A DNA stretch of 64,000 nt from Clostridia bacterium (GTDB lineage: Bacteria; Bacillota; Clostridia; TANB77; CAG-465): assembly GCA_026415435.1 (NCBI GenBank), contig JAOAHC010000020.1, forward strand, positions 15,940 through 79,939, in the 5' to 3' direction. Positions 1 to 10,153 of this stretch are shown here, piece by piece. The position numbers were made by a program, and so were the translations under genes. The notes beneath the pieces were generated by a model. That model was not told where the DNA came from. It saw nothing but the letters and a program-made list of their open reading frames with translations, and ran no database searches. Every line of letters begins with the position of its first letter. Positions within the stretch are counted from its first letter, which is position 1.

Positions 1-671
1 TTTTTCAAATTCATCTCTGTGTATTCCACATATTTGTTAGTTTGGAGAGCTAATCCAAAAATCTTATATCCTTTTTCCTTTATAAGATAAAAAGTATCAT
101 CAATATTATAATTATCAATGTATACTATATTTACTCTTAAAATTGATCCCATTGTTGATCTTAAAGTTTTTTGTGAATAAACATCTGCTGTACCAGCTGT
201 ACATATAATAGTTTTTACTTTAAAGGCATCACATGTTCTAATAATTGTACCTAGATTACCTTGATCTTTTATTTTATCAAGTATCAATATATTAGAATCA
301 TTATTATTCATAAGTTTCTCAAAATTGATATTTGGTATTTCAAGAACTACTAAAACTCCCTGAGTAGTTACAGTATCAGTTGTATATTCAAAAATTTCTC
401 TTTTGAAATCATATACTTCAAGTCTTTTTTCTAAATATAATTTATTGATTCTTTCGTATATATTATTTCCTCTTTTTAAATTAATTAAAATATCATACGA
501 GCAGGCGATAAACTTAATGTTTACCGCCTTCTTTTCATATAAATCTAAAACTTCATCCACTACTTTTATTCCTTCTAAGTAAAATGCATTATGCTTCTGA
601 CGAAATTTTTTTTCATTTAAATTTTTTATAAATTTAACCTTATCATTAGATTTACTTACTATATTATTCAT
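1..671 (-). CDS. TrmH/SpoU-family RNA 2'-O-methyltransferase (N-terminal ~223 codons; 3' end runs off the left edge)
   Basis: Absent from the ORF track because it has no stop in the window. Hand translation from the ATG at 671 (GGAGAG RBS upstream) gives MNNIVSKSNDKVKFIKNL...ILDKIKDQGNLGTIIRTCDAF...LRSTMGSILRV, which matches SpoU-methylase motifs. I saw no in-frame stop down to position 1. Confidence 0.6.
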   Translation of the reverse strand, partial: MNNIVSKSNDKVKFIKNLNEKKFRQKHNAFYLEGIKVVDEVLDLYEKKAVNIKFIACSYDILINLKRGNNIYERINKLYLEKRLEVYDFKREIFEYTTDTVTTQGVLVVLEIPNINFEKLMNNNDSNILILDKIKDQGNLGTIIRTCDAFKVKTIICTAGTADVYSQKTLRSTMGSILRVNIVYIDNYNIDDTFYLIKEKGYKIFGLALQTNKYVEYTEMNLK

Positions 672-695
672 AATATAATCTCTCCAAATAATATG

Positions 696-1805
696 TTACT
701 GAGCTGTGTTTGTTGCGTTATTTTCAGTAGTTGTATTTGTTGTATTATTTGTGCTATTAGTAGTATCGTTAGTAGTGTTTTGCTTAACTCCTGTAATAGC
801 TTCAATAGTTTTTGATAAAATTTCTTTATTTATTTTTAAATTAGCATCTGTACTATATTTATCTATGCCTTGGCTAACATAGTCTTGTCTCTCACTTGCA
901 CTATTTGTTCTGCCATTTGCATTAATAGCTTCTAATTTTATTATATGGAAACCATAATCAGATTCAACTAAAGTCGCATATGTTTCGCCCGCTTTTAACG
1001 TTTTAACAGCATTAACATATGGTTCAACAGTTTTTGAGTCCATGTATACTTTATATTCGCCATCTTTTGCCTTAGTTCCTTCATCATCAGAGTTTTCTCT
1101 AACTAAAGTTACAATGTCTGATCCAGAAAGTATTTTATTTAAAATATCTTGAGCTTTAGCTTTTTTCTCAGCTATTTTGTCATCAGCTAGTTTTGCACCA
1201 GTTGAGCTATCAGTAGTTGAGATTAGTATTTGTCTTGTTACATATTCATTTAGATCTGCATCATCCCCATATGTTGTTTTAATATATTTTAGTATATCTT
1301 CACTACTTGCTTCATCTTGTAATTTTTGCATATATTGAGTTATTACGTAATCGTTATAATATATTTGTTTCATTTTAACAGGATCTATTCCTTTTTGAAC
1401 AAAAGAATCTATTTGTTCTTTATCTGAAAAAATATCATCAACTTTTGCCTTATTATCTACGCTAAGAGTAACACCTGCTTTTTTTGCTTTCATTAAAAGT
1501 ATTTTATCAATACCTGCTTTGTTAGCTATTTGTTCAGGTATTTGATCTGCTGGATAACCGTAATAAGTAAGAACTTGTTCAAACAATTTATAATAGATAG
1601 AATATTCTGCTTTAGTAACTTTACCGCCATCGAAAGTAACTACTGCTTCTAAATTTGATTTATAGTAGAAATACCCAAATATTGATCCAGCTATAATTAT
1701 AACTGCAGCTATTATACCAAATATTACTACTTTATCTCTACTCATTTTTCTTAATTCTTTTATTTCTACTTTTTTTAGAGCTTTCTCCATATCGTTCATA
1801 TTCAA
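696..1805 (-). CDS. PrsA-like peptidyl-prolyl isomerase (membrane-anchored, SurA_N-like plus parvulin domain)
   Basis: N-terminal TM anchor (VVIFGIIAAVIIIAGSIFGYFYY), a parvulin-type core (...DYGFHIIKLE...) and an Asn/Thr-rich tail. Its start overlaps the mfd stop by 4 nt. Confidence 0.7.
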   Translation of the reverse strand: MNMNDMEKALKKVEIKELRKMSRDKVVIFGIIAAVIIIAGSIFGYFYYKSNLEAVVTFDGGKVTKAEYSIYYKLFEQVLTYYGYPADQIPEQIANKAGIDKILLMKAKKAGVTLSVDNKAKVDDIFSDKEQIDSFVQKGIDPVKMKQIYYNDYVITQYMQKLQDEASSEDILKYIKTTYGDDADLNEYVTRQILISTTDSSTGAKLADDKIAEKKAKAQDILNKILSGSDIVTLVRENSDDEGTKAKDGEYKVYMDSKTVEPYVNAVKTLKAGETYATLVESDYGFHIIKLEAINANGRTNSASERQDYVSQGIDKYSTDANLKINKEILSKTIEAITGVKQNTTNDTTNSTNNTTNTTTENNATNTAQ

Positions 1806-4800
1806 TTCTCCTTTTTTTCTAATAACTTTCTTATTTTTTTAAGTGCTAATTGTACTGTAAACAGTATATCATTGTTTGCATTATTTGTCAATCTAAATTT
1901 AAGATTAGTAGGCTCAAAGACAATATAATCTTGTTTTTGTACTACCCTAGTTATATTTAACTTTCTACACTCATTTCTAACTTCAACTATCTTAATTAAG
2001 TTTTCAGTTTCTTTAGGTATGTTTCCAAATCTATCTAGTAACTCATCTATTATATTCATACTTTCTTCATTACTTTCAATATTAGAAATCTTTTGATATA
2101 TAGAAATCTTTTGAGTTATATCTGGTATATAATTATCGCTGATATACGCTGAAACATCTATATCAATTTTAACATCTTTTAATGCATCACTAAGATCTTC
2201 TTTTTTATCTCCAGCACCTAATTTTTCCTCATTTATTGCTCTTTCAAGCATTGCCAGATATAGCTCATATCCAACAGACGCCATATGCCCATGTTGCTCT
2301 TTACCTAAAAGATTACCTGCTCCACGAATTTCTAAATCTCTAAGAGCTATTTTAAATCCGCTACCAAATTCCGTAAAATCTTTTATTGCCTTTAATCTTT
2401 TTTCAGCTACTTCTGATATTTGCTTATTTTTCTCGTATGTTATATATGCATATGAAAGTCTATTCGATCTTCCAACTCTTCCTCTTATTTGATACAATTG
2501 AGCAAGTCCTAATTTATCAGCATTTTCAATTATAATAGTATTTGCATTAGGTATATCTATTCCAGATTCAAGTATTGTAGTACATACTATTACATCTAGC
2601 TCATGATTCATAAATTTTACCATTATATCTTCAATTTCATCAGGATCCATTTGACCGTGAGCATAAGCTACCCTTGCTTCACCAACCAGATTTCTCACTT
2701 TATTACATATATTTTCTATATTATCTACTCTATTATTAATATAAAATACTTGGCCATCACGTGCAAGTTCCTTTTCAATTGCCTCTTTAATTAAATCGTC
2801 ATTATACTCTAAAACATAAGTATGAACGGGTATTCTCTCCAGAGGTGGGGTAAACAAAGTACTCATTTGTCTTATTCCTATCATAGACATGTGTAATGTT
2901 CTAGGTATAGGTGTAGCAGTCATAGAAAGAACATCAATTGTTTCCTTTAAAGTCTTAATAGCCTCTTTTGCTTTAACTCCAAACCTGTGTTCTTCATCTA
3001 TTATTAAAAGTCCTAAATCCTTAAAAAATACATCTTTTGATAACAGCCTATGTGTACCTATTATAACATCTATATTACCATCAACTAGACCCTTTAATAT
3101 TTCTTTTTGCTCTTTTTTATTTCTAAATCTATTTAGCATTTCAACTCTTATGCCATAAGTTTCCATTCTATCTTTAAATGACTTATACTGTTGAAGAGCA
3201 AGTACAGTTGTTGGGACTAGATAAGCAACTTGTTTTGAATCCATAACAGATTTAAATGCTGCTCTTATTGCAACTTCTGTCTTACCATATCCTACATCAC
3301 CACACAGAAGTCTATCCATTGGTATTTCATTTTCCATATCAGACTTAACTTCAGTAAGAGCTGTCTTTTGATCATCAGTTAGTTCATATTTAAAATTATC
3401 TTCAAATTCATTTTGCCAAGGTGTATCAATTGAAAAACTATGTCCTCTAGTTTTGCTTCTTTTAGCATAAAGTGCAATTAATTCTTTAGCGATTTCTTGT
3501 ACATATGATCTAACTTTTGATTTAGTTTTAACCCATTCTTTACCGCCTAAAGAATTTAATTTTGGAACAAAATCATCATCACATAAGTATTTTTTAACAC
3601 TATCAAGTTGACTAATTGGTACGTATAATATACCATTATTTAAATATTCAATCTTAATATAGTCCTTTTGAATATTACCAACTTGAATTGCATCAATTCC
3701 CCTATATACACCTATACCATGATTTTCATGTACAACATAGTCTCCTACATTTAAGTCTTCAAATGAGTTAATTATTTGTCCACTTGTTTGTTTTTTCTTA
3801 GTTTTTTGAGTATTATATTCTACTCCACTTACTGGTTCACATATTACGCACAAATTAAAGTCTTCATATTCAAAACCACCAGATAAAACTCCAAATGTTA
3901 TATATACTTTAGATTCTTCTAATTCTTGAATAACACTTATATTTTCTATATATGTAACTTTAATTGCATTATCTATCAACTGATTTTTTATGAGTTCTAC
4001 TTTATTTAAACTTGGAAATACTAATAGTATTCTTTTATTAACTTTTTGCCATTTTTGGATATCTTGCATAAGTATATCCATTGAACCACGAAAAAAATTA
4101 ACTTCCCTTGAAATAAAGATATACTCTTTTCGCTTTGAATGCATAATTTTATCTGTGTTTATTCTTTCTAAGTACACGTTATTCATATTTTTTAAATTAG
4201 ATTCAATATCTTCAAAACTAGAATATTGAAATGCATACGGCAAGTAGATGTAGTTTTTTTCTCCGAGCATTTTTAATGTTTCAAAGTTTTCATAACATAC
4301 ATTTTTAGATTTTTGAATACATCTTACAGGCTCATCAATGTATACTGCATAATCCTCAATATATTCTAAAAAATATTCTGTACTTGGAACCAATAGTTCA
4401 AAATATTTATTAATAACTTCTTCAACATTACCTTCAGATAGTATGTTAATATCTTGATCTATTTGCTTTTTTAATTCACTATTAATATTTTCTTTTACAC
4501 CTAAATCATTTAATATATTTATTGTACTTTGTATATTCTCATTTAAAATAGGGAACTCGGAAGCATAATTTATGCTTAGATTATCCACATTTTCAACACT
4601 TCTTTGAGTAACAGGATCAAATGTACGTATGCTATCTATATCTTCTCCAAAAAGTTCTATTCTATATGGCTTTTCACTACTAGTAGGAAAAATATCAATA
4701 AGTCCGCCTCTAATGGCAAATTGACCTTTGCCATCTACATTACTGGCTCTTTTAAAACCCATCCTATCTAACTTTAAAACAAAGTCTTTTAAATTTATTT

Positions 4801-5236
4801 TAGAAGTCATGTCAACATTAATATCTAAATCAATATATGTTGATTTAGGCATCATCTTTTGAGTTACAGCATCAATAGTGGTAACAATAATATTGCTACC
4901 ACCTGAAATTATTTTATGAATTGCATATAGTCTTTGATTTTGTATTTCCCTACTTTGTACATCAACATCATAATATACTATGTCTCTTGCAGGAAAATAT
5001 ATTATTTCAATTTCACTATAAAATTTTAAATCTTGCATTATTTTTTTAGCTTGAGTATTATTGTTACAAATAATACACGCATTTTTACTACTATTAGCCA
5101 CTAAACTATATACTATATGAGCTTTTTGACTATCCGTAAGTCCTATTACACTAATATCTAGTTTATCTTTTTTTATATCTTCTAATAAACTATTATATTT
5201 TGTGTATTTAGTTAAATTAGCTATAAGTGGATTCAT
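1802..5236 (-). CDS. mfd: Transcription-repair coupling factor Mfd
   Basis: 1144 aa with helicase motifs GDVGYGKTEVA and DEEHRFGV, QLYQIRGRVGRS, and a CarD/TRCF-like central region (DYVVHENHGIGVY). Confidence 0.95.
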   Translation of the reverse strand: MNPLIANLTKYTKYNSLLEDIKKDKLDISVIGLTDSQKAHIVYSLVANSSKNACIICNNNTQAKKIMQDLKFYSEIEIIYFPARDIVYYDVDVQSREIQNQRLYAIHKIISGGSNIIVTTIDAVTQKMMPKSTYIDLDINVDMTSKINLKDFVLKLDRMGFKRASNVDGKGQFAIRGGLIDIFPTSSEKPYRIELFGEDIDSIRTFDPVTQRSVENVDNLSINYASEFPILNENIQSTINILNDLGVKENINSELKKQIDQDINILSEGNVEEVINKYFELLVPSTEYFLEYIEDYAVYIDEPVRCIQKSKNVCYENFETLKMLGEKNYIYLPYAFQYSSFEDIESNLKNMNNVYLERINTDKIMHSKRKEYIFISREVNFFRGSMDILMQDIQKWQKVNKRILLVFPSLNKVELIKNQLIDNAIKVTYIENISVIQELEESKVYITFGVLSGGFEYEDFNLCVICEPVSGVEYNTQKTKKKQTSGQIINSFEDLNVGDYVVHENHGIGVYRGIDAIQVGNIQKDYIKIEYLNNGILYVPISQLDSVKKYLCDDDFVPKLNSLGGKEWVKTKSKVRSYVQEIAKELIALYAKRSKTRGHSFSIDTPWQNEFEDNFKYELTDDQKTALTEVKSDMENEIPMDRLLCGDVGYGKTEVAIRAAFKSVMDSKQVAYLVPTTVLALQQYKSFKDRMETYGIRVEMLNRFRNKKEQKEILKGLVDGNIDVIIGTHRLLSKDVFFKDLGLLIIDEEHRFGVKAKEAIKTLKETIDVLSMTATPIPRTLHMSMIGIRQMSTLFTPPLERIPVHTYVLEYNDDLIKEAIEKELARDGQVFYINNRVDNIENICNKVRNLVGEARVAYAHGQMDPDEIEDIMVKFMNHELDVIVCTTILESGIDIPNANTIIIENADKLGLAQLYQIRGRVGRSNRLSYAYITYEKNKQISEVAEKRLKAIKDFTEFGSGFKIALRDLEIRGAGNLLGKEQHGHMASVGYELYLAMLERAINEEKLGAGDKKEDLSDALKDVKIDIDVSAYISDNYIPDITQKISIYQKISNIESNEESMNIIDELLDRFGNIPKETENLIKIVEVRNECRKLNITRVVQKQDYIVFEPTNLKFRLTNNANNDILFTVQLALKKIRKLLEKKEN

Positions 5237-5246
5237 TTTATTCTCC

Positions 5247-7277
5247 TTATATATTTTCTATTAACTTTAAAAATTCATCTAAAGATATAACTTTTACTCC
5301 TAAATCCTCTGCTTTTTTAAGTTTAGATCCTGCTGCTTCACCTGCAATTACCATGTCTGTTTTTTTAGATACAGAATTTGAAAATTTACCTGAATTAGTT
5401 TCAATTAATTTAACTATATCTTCTCTTGAATAATTATCAAATGAACCTGTTACAACAATACTCATAGAATCTAGTATATTAGATTTAACTTCTTTTTTAC
5501 TTGATTTTAAATTTACCCCTGCTTCTTGTAATTTTTCAATTATCTCTATAGTTTTAGGCTTTTTAAAAAATTCTACCACTGAAACAGCCATTATCTCACC
5601 AAAATCAGATAATTTTAATATATCTTCTACAGTTGCGTTTGAAATATCATATATATCGTTAAAGTTCTCGCTTAAAACTTGAGCCGATTTTTTCCCAATA
5701 TGTCTTATGCCTAGTCCAAATATTAGTCTTCCAAGTTCATTTTGTTTAGATTTTTCAATTGAATTAATTAAATTAGTAGCGGATTTTTTATCAAACCTGT
5801 CTAATTTTTCTATCATATCATACTCAATATAATAAATATCTGATATATCTTTTATATATCCAAGACTTATGAATCTGTCTACAATTGCTTCTCCAAAGCC
5901 AGTTATATCCATAGCATCACGAGAAACAAAATGTAAAATTGATCGATATATAAGAGCGGGACATTCGCTATTAGTACATCTAAGAGCTACCGTATTTTCA
6001 TCTTTTTCTAGCTCTTCACCACATACAGGACAATCAGTCGGAACATCAAACTCTCTTTCAATTCCGGTTCTTTTTGATGGTATTATCTCAGCTATTTCTG
6101 GTATAACATCACCAGCTTTTTGCACTATACATGTATCATTTATCTTTATGTCTTTTAACTTTAAATAATCAAAATTATGCAAAGTTGCCCTAGAAATAAG
6201 AGAACCTGCAACTCTAACCGGCTCTAATACCGCCATTGGAGTAACTTGCCCCGTTCTACCAACATTTACAATAATATCTAATATTTTAGTTTCTTTTTTT
6301 TCTGGTGGATATTTATATGCTACCGCCCATTTTGGTACTTTTGAAGTAGATCCAATCTCTTGTCTTAAATTTAAATCATTTATTTTTACTACAGCACCAT
6401 CAATATCAAAATCTAGATCTTCTCTAATTGTACCTATTCTCTTTATTTCTTCTAATACTTCAGTTACGCTTGTACAAACTTTACTATATGGTATAACATT
6501 TATACCTACATTTTTGCAATACACTAAACTTTCACTATGAGTATTAAAGGTTTTACTACTAGATTTTTGTACATTGAAAACATATATACTTAAATTTCTA
6601 GATTTCACTAGTTCGTTATTTAGTTGTCTTAACGTACCCGCAGCAGCATTTCTTGGATTAGCAAGTATAGCTTTACCTTCTTTTTCTAACTCACTATTAA
6701 TTCTTTCAAATTCTTTCCTCGGTAAATATACCTCACCGCGAACTTCAATAGTATCGCTAGTTTTTAATTCGTGCGGTATTGAAGCAATAACTTTCAAATT
6801 TTGTGTTACATCCTCTCCAATTACTCCATCACCTCTAGTTGAACCTACTTTAAGAATCCCATTTTCATATTCAAGAGAAACAGATAGTCCATCTACCTTG
6901 GTTTCAACTACGTATTCAAGATTTTGCCCATACTCTAAATTAAGCTTATTTACAAAATCCTCTACTTCCTCAAAACTAAACACATCCTGCAAACTCTGCA
7001 TAACAACATTATGTTTAACTTCCGAAAAAATATTTTTTATTCCAGACCCTACTTTTTGGGTAGGCGAAGTAGTCACTACATACTCAGGATGCAGTGACTC
7101 TAAATTTCTTAATTTTTGTGTTAATTTATCATACTCATAATCAGATATTTCAGGATCATCTAGCTGATGATATCTCATATTATGGTACTCTACTTGCTTT
7201 CTTAAATCTTCAATTTCTTTTTTTATATTTAAGTCAGCATTTCCAAAAAGGTCTATTTGTTCATTCTCATTATTCAT
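5247..7277 (-). CDS. ligA: NAD-dependent DNA ligase LigA
   Basis: 676 aa. Adenylation motif ETKVDGLSVSLEY, Zn-finger CPVCGEEL...C..SEC, an HhH region and a C-terminal BRCT (IVVTGSF...). Confidence 0.95.
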   Translation of the reverse strand: MNNENEQIDLFGNADLNIKKEIEDLRKQVEYHNMRYHQLDDPEISDYEYDKLTQKLRNLESLHPEYVVTTSPTQKVGSGIKNIFSEVKHNVVMQSLQDVFSFEEVEDFVNKLNLEYGQNLEYVVETKVDGLSVSLEYENGILKVGSTRGDGVIGEDVTQNLKVIASIPHELKTSDTIEVRGEVYLPRKEFERINSELEKEGKAILANPRNAAAGTLRQLNNELVKSRNLSIYVFNVQKSSSKTFNTHSESLVYCKNVGINVIPYSKVCTSVTEVLEEIKRIGTIREDLDFDIDGAVVKINDLNLRQEIGSTSKVPKWAVAYKYPPEKKETKILDIIVNVGRTGQVTPMAVLEPVRVAGSLISRATLHNFDYLKLKDIKINDTCIVQKAGDVIPEIAEIIPSKRTGIEREFDVPTDCPVCGEELEKDENTVALRCTNSECPALIYRSILHFVSRDAMDITGFGEAIVDRFISLGYIKDISDIYYIEYDMIEKLDRFDKKSATNLINSIEKSKQNELGRLIFGLGIRHIGKKSAQVLSENFNDIYDISNATVEDILKLSDFGEIMAVSVVEFFKKPKTIEIIEKLQEAGVNLKSSKKEVKSNILDSMSIVVTGSFDNYSREDIVKLIETNSGKFSNSVSKKTDMVIAGEAAGSKLKKAEDLGVKVISLDEFLKLIENI

Positions 7278-7328
7278 GATAAATATATCTCCTATGTTTA
7301 CAGTATTTAAAATATATTTATATTATAT

Positions 7329-7943
7329 TTATTTTTCAACATCTATATACTTACTAAATTTTATTACATAATCAACTAATGACCAGATCGTTGAAACTAC
7401 AACAAGACCTATTGTAACAGTCATAAATACATTTACAGCAAGTTCAAGAGCACCCATTTCTAATGATTTTGTTAAAAATAGCCCCATTGTATTTGAATTA
7501 AAGAATGCTACATTAACCAGAGCAAGTACTAAACCTATAAGTTGGGCAGATGTTTTAATCTTTCCACTTAAAGAAGCAGCTATTGTAACATTTCTGTCTG
7601 CTCCAAACATTCTTATTGAATTTGCAAAAAAGTCACGAAGTATTACTATTGCAGTAACATATGCAGGTATTACTCCAAGCCCTGTTAACATTATAAACCC
7701 TGCTGATATTAAAAGTTTATCTGCAAGTGGATCCATAATCTTTCCAAAGTTAGTAACTAAATCATATTTTCTTGAAATTTGGCCATCTACAAAATCAGTT
7801 ATAGCGGCAATTACAAATAATCCTAATGCCACATATTTTGCCCATGCTAAATTTGCAGGTAAGCACATAAATACTATAAATATTGGTACTAATACTATTC
7901 TAAGCATTGTTAATTTGTTTGGTAAGTTCATTTTTTTCAACAT
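7329..7943 (-). CDS. pgsA: CDP-diacylglycerol--glycerol-3-phosphate 3-phosphatidyltransferase
   Basis: CDP-alcohol phosphatidyltransferase motif DFVDGQISRKYDLVTNFGKIMDPLADK in a multi-TM protein. Confidence 0.85.
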   Translation of the reverse strand: MLKKMNLPNKLTMLRIVLVPIFIVFMCLPANLAWAKYVALGLFVIAAITDFVDGQISRKYDLVTNFGKIMDPLADKLLISAGFIMLTGLGVIPAYVTAIVILRDFFANSIRMFGADRNVTIAASLSGKIKTSAQLIGLVLALVNVAFFNSNTMGLFLTKSLEMGALELAVNVFMTVTIGLVVVSTIWSLVDYVIKFSKYIDVEK

Positions 7944-8003
7944 AAAAATCTCTCCTTCTATTATTACATATATAAATATAACTATTAATTAGTCATATTA
8001 TTA

Positions 8004-9425
8004 TCAATTTAACTTATTTACTAGCTCTTTAAAATGTTCTCCTCTATGTTCAAAACTTTTATACATATCAAAAGATGCACTAGCCGGTGATAATACGACT
8101 ATATCATTTTCACTAGCGATTTGATTTGCATAATCTACAGCTTGTTCCATTGAATCAACATTTACTATATCACATATTTCATTTATGCTTATTTTTCTAT
8201 TATTTACTTCATCATACACAGCTTTTGAAATTTTAGGCGCAGTTTTACCTAGTAAAATTAAGGTTTTTACTTTATCAATTATATATCCACCTAATTCATC
8301 ATATAGAAGGTTTTTATCATAACCACCCGCAATAAGTATTATCTTATTATCAAAAGATTTTAGTGCTGCAATTGTACTTGCCACAACAGTGGCTTTTGAG
8401 TCATTATACCATTTCACATTTCTATGATTTCTTACTAATTCCATTCTATGTTCAACACCAGCAAATGTAGTTATTACTTTCTTAATTGGCTCATATCCAG
8501 TTAAATGGAATATTGCACTAGCCGCTGCACATATATTTAATAAGTTATGTGTACCTGGAAGCTCAACTTCCTTAGTAGCACAAATAATCTCTTCTTTATT
8601 TTGTATATTTGAAATCAAATTATCATCTTTTACAAATATTCCATTAGTAACAACGCCATTAACACTGAAAAATCTTTTTTCAGATAAAATATTCTCCGTA
8701 TCCATTTCATTTATATATTCAGATGTATGTTCATCATCTAAATTAAAAATAATTATATCATTTTTAGATTGATATTTAAATATATTTGCTTTTGCATTAA
8801 TATACTCATTAAAATCTCTATGATAATCTAAATGGTTCTCTGCTATATTAGTTACAACTGATATATTTGGACTATTTTTCATTGTCATAAGCTGAAAACT
8901 ACTAAGTTCTAGTACAACAATATCAGTATTAGATATTTCATCTATTTTCGATAATAACGGTGTACCTATATTACCGCCAGTCCATACCTTATATCCTGCT
9001 TCATTTAAAAACTGTGATATAAGTGTAGTGGTTGTAGTCTTTCCGACACTTCCAGTTACACCTATTACTTTACATGGACAAAGTTCAAGTAAAAGCTCTA
9101 TTTCCGAAGTAACTATGACCCCTTTATTTATAGCATTTTCAATTTCAGGTAAAAATGGTTTTAAACCTGGAGAACGCAAAATATAATCATATTCATTAAG
9201 ATTTTCTAAATAATTTTGTCCTAAATTAAACTTAATGTCAAGACTCTTTAAATTATCACAACTTTCATCCAAAGTATCTCTTTTATCACATGCAGTTACA
9301 ATTGCTCCTAATTTAACCAAATACTCAATAGCAGGTATATTACTTACACCCACCCCTAAAACAGCAATTTTTTTATTTTTAATATCATCTTTGAAAGCTT
9401 GAAGCTTATCATTTATATAATTCAA
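8004..9425 (-). CDS. murD: UDP-N-acetylmuramoyl-L-alanine--D-glutamate ligase MurD
   Basis: Mur ligase P-loop GVTGSVGKTTTTTL, GGNIGTPLL, ELSSFQL, and a MurD-like N-terminal Rossmann segment (KIAVLGVGVSN). Confidence 0.85.
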   Translation of the reverse strand: MNYINDKLQAFKDDIKNKKIAVLGVGVSNIPAIEYLVKLGAIVTACDKRDTLDESCDNLKSLDIKFNLGQNYLENLNEYDYILRSPGLKPFLPEIENAINKGVIVTSEIELLLELCPCKVIGVTGSVGKTTTTTLISQFLNEAGYKVWTGGNIGTPLLSKIDEISNTDIVVLELSSFQLMTMKNSPNISVVTNIAENHLDYHRDFNEYINAKANIFKYQSKNDIIIFNLDDEHTSEYINEMDTENILSEKRFFSVNGVVTNGIFVKDDNLISNIQNKEEIICATKEVELPGTHNLLNICAAASAIFHLTGYEPIKKVITTFAGVEHRMELVRNHRNVKWYNDSKATVVASTIAALKSFDNKIILIAGGYDKNLLYDELGGYIIDKVKTLILLGKTAPKISKAVYDEVNNRKISINEICDIVNVDSMEQAVDYANQIASENDIVVLSPASASFDMYKSFEHRGEHFKELVNKLN

Positions 9426-9516
9426 AATATCACTCCCTAAGACCTACGTCTATTATATTATATTACAACTTTGATTGCAATAGTATTGAAAATATTTATA
9501 TATTTTTCTTATGCTA

Positions 9517-9567
9517 TAAAAATAAGCAGGACTTCAACTTCTATAGAAGATTAAAATCATGCTTATT
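9517..9567 (-). terminator. Putative rho-independent terminator after the giant surface-protein gene
   Basis: On the minus strand, AATAAGCA..(inner palindrome CTTCTATAGAAG)..TGCTTATT is followed by TTTTAT. It lies ~20 nt downstream of the stop at 9588. Confidence 0.45.
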
Positions 9568-9587
9568 AATAATATATTTAAATATAA

Positions 9588-10153
9588 TTATCTAATTAGA
9601 TTTATTGTAATATATCCATTGCCAACGTTAGCTCCGCTAGTACTAGATGTGTTTGCAGCAGATGAGTCAATATAAGATGTGCCCCCAACTCCTCCGTATA
9701 AGCACGCACCACCATTTCCTCCAGTATATCCGCCACCGGCCGCCACCGCCGCCATAGTTACTGCTCCATACATTTAATGCACCGCCGCCACCGGCCGCCG
9801 CCTAAACCACCAGCACCGCCACCAGAAGCTCCTGCTCCTCCAGCAAAACCTAGTGAATAACTTTTTCCACCTACACCTCCTGATAGTGCTGATGCTCCTG
9901 AGCTTAAGTAGCCACCACCGCCGCCGCCACCAGACCCTCCCATACTTTCTGTATAGTTTATAGCAGTTCCTCCACTACCAGTTCCTGATGCTCCGACAGT
10001 TCCATTTCCGCCACCACTAGATACTGAACCACCGCCGCCGCCACCAGCTACTACTAGAAGTTTTCCAGCTGATGTATTATATACATACGAAGCTCCGCCA
10101 CCGGCCTCCACCGCCAGACCCAGAATATGCCGACACATTTCCACCTTGGCCAC
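9588..10153 (-). pseudogene. Frameshifted 3' continuation of the giant surface-protein gene (rest of glycine-rich domain copy 2)
   Basis: Track ORFs 9758..10153 and 9588..9773 align residue-for-residue with copy 1 of the Gly-rich domain encoded at 10341..11078 (e.g. SYVYNT..LLVVAGGGGGGSV.SGGGNGTVGASGTGSGGTAINYT, GYTGGNGGAC.YGG.GGTSYIDSSA.N.SS.SG.N.GNGY). Relative to copy 1 there are +1 nt differences at 10098-10106, 9788-9796 and 9733-9741. Confidence 0.75.

Noticed and set aside
9733-10106. Programmed ribosomal frameshifting to read through the three +1 sites
   Set aside because: There are no slippery heptamers or downstream structures. Three consecutive programmed shifts in Gly-codon runs is implausible. 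Sequencing error, phase variation or decay are simpler explanations (kept as a finding).
9588-10153. Track ORFs 9758..10153 (131 aa) and 9588..9773 (61 aa) as independent Gly-rich genes
   Set aside because: They align colinearly with copy 1 of the glycine-rich domain of the giant ORF and lack their own RBS. They are frameshifted continuation, not separate genes.
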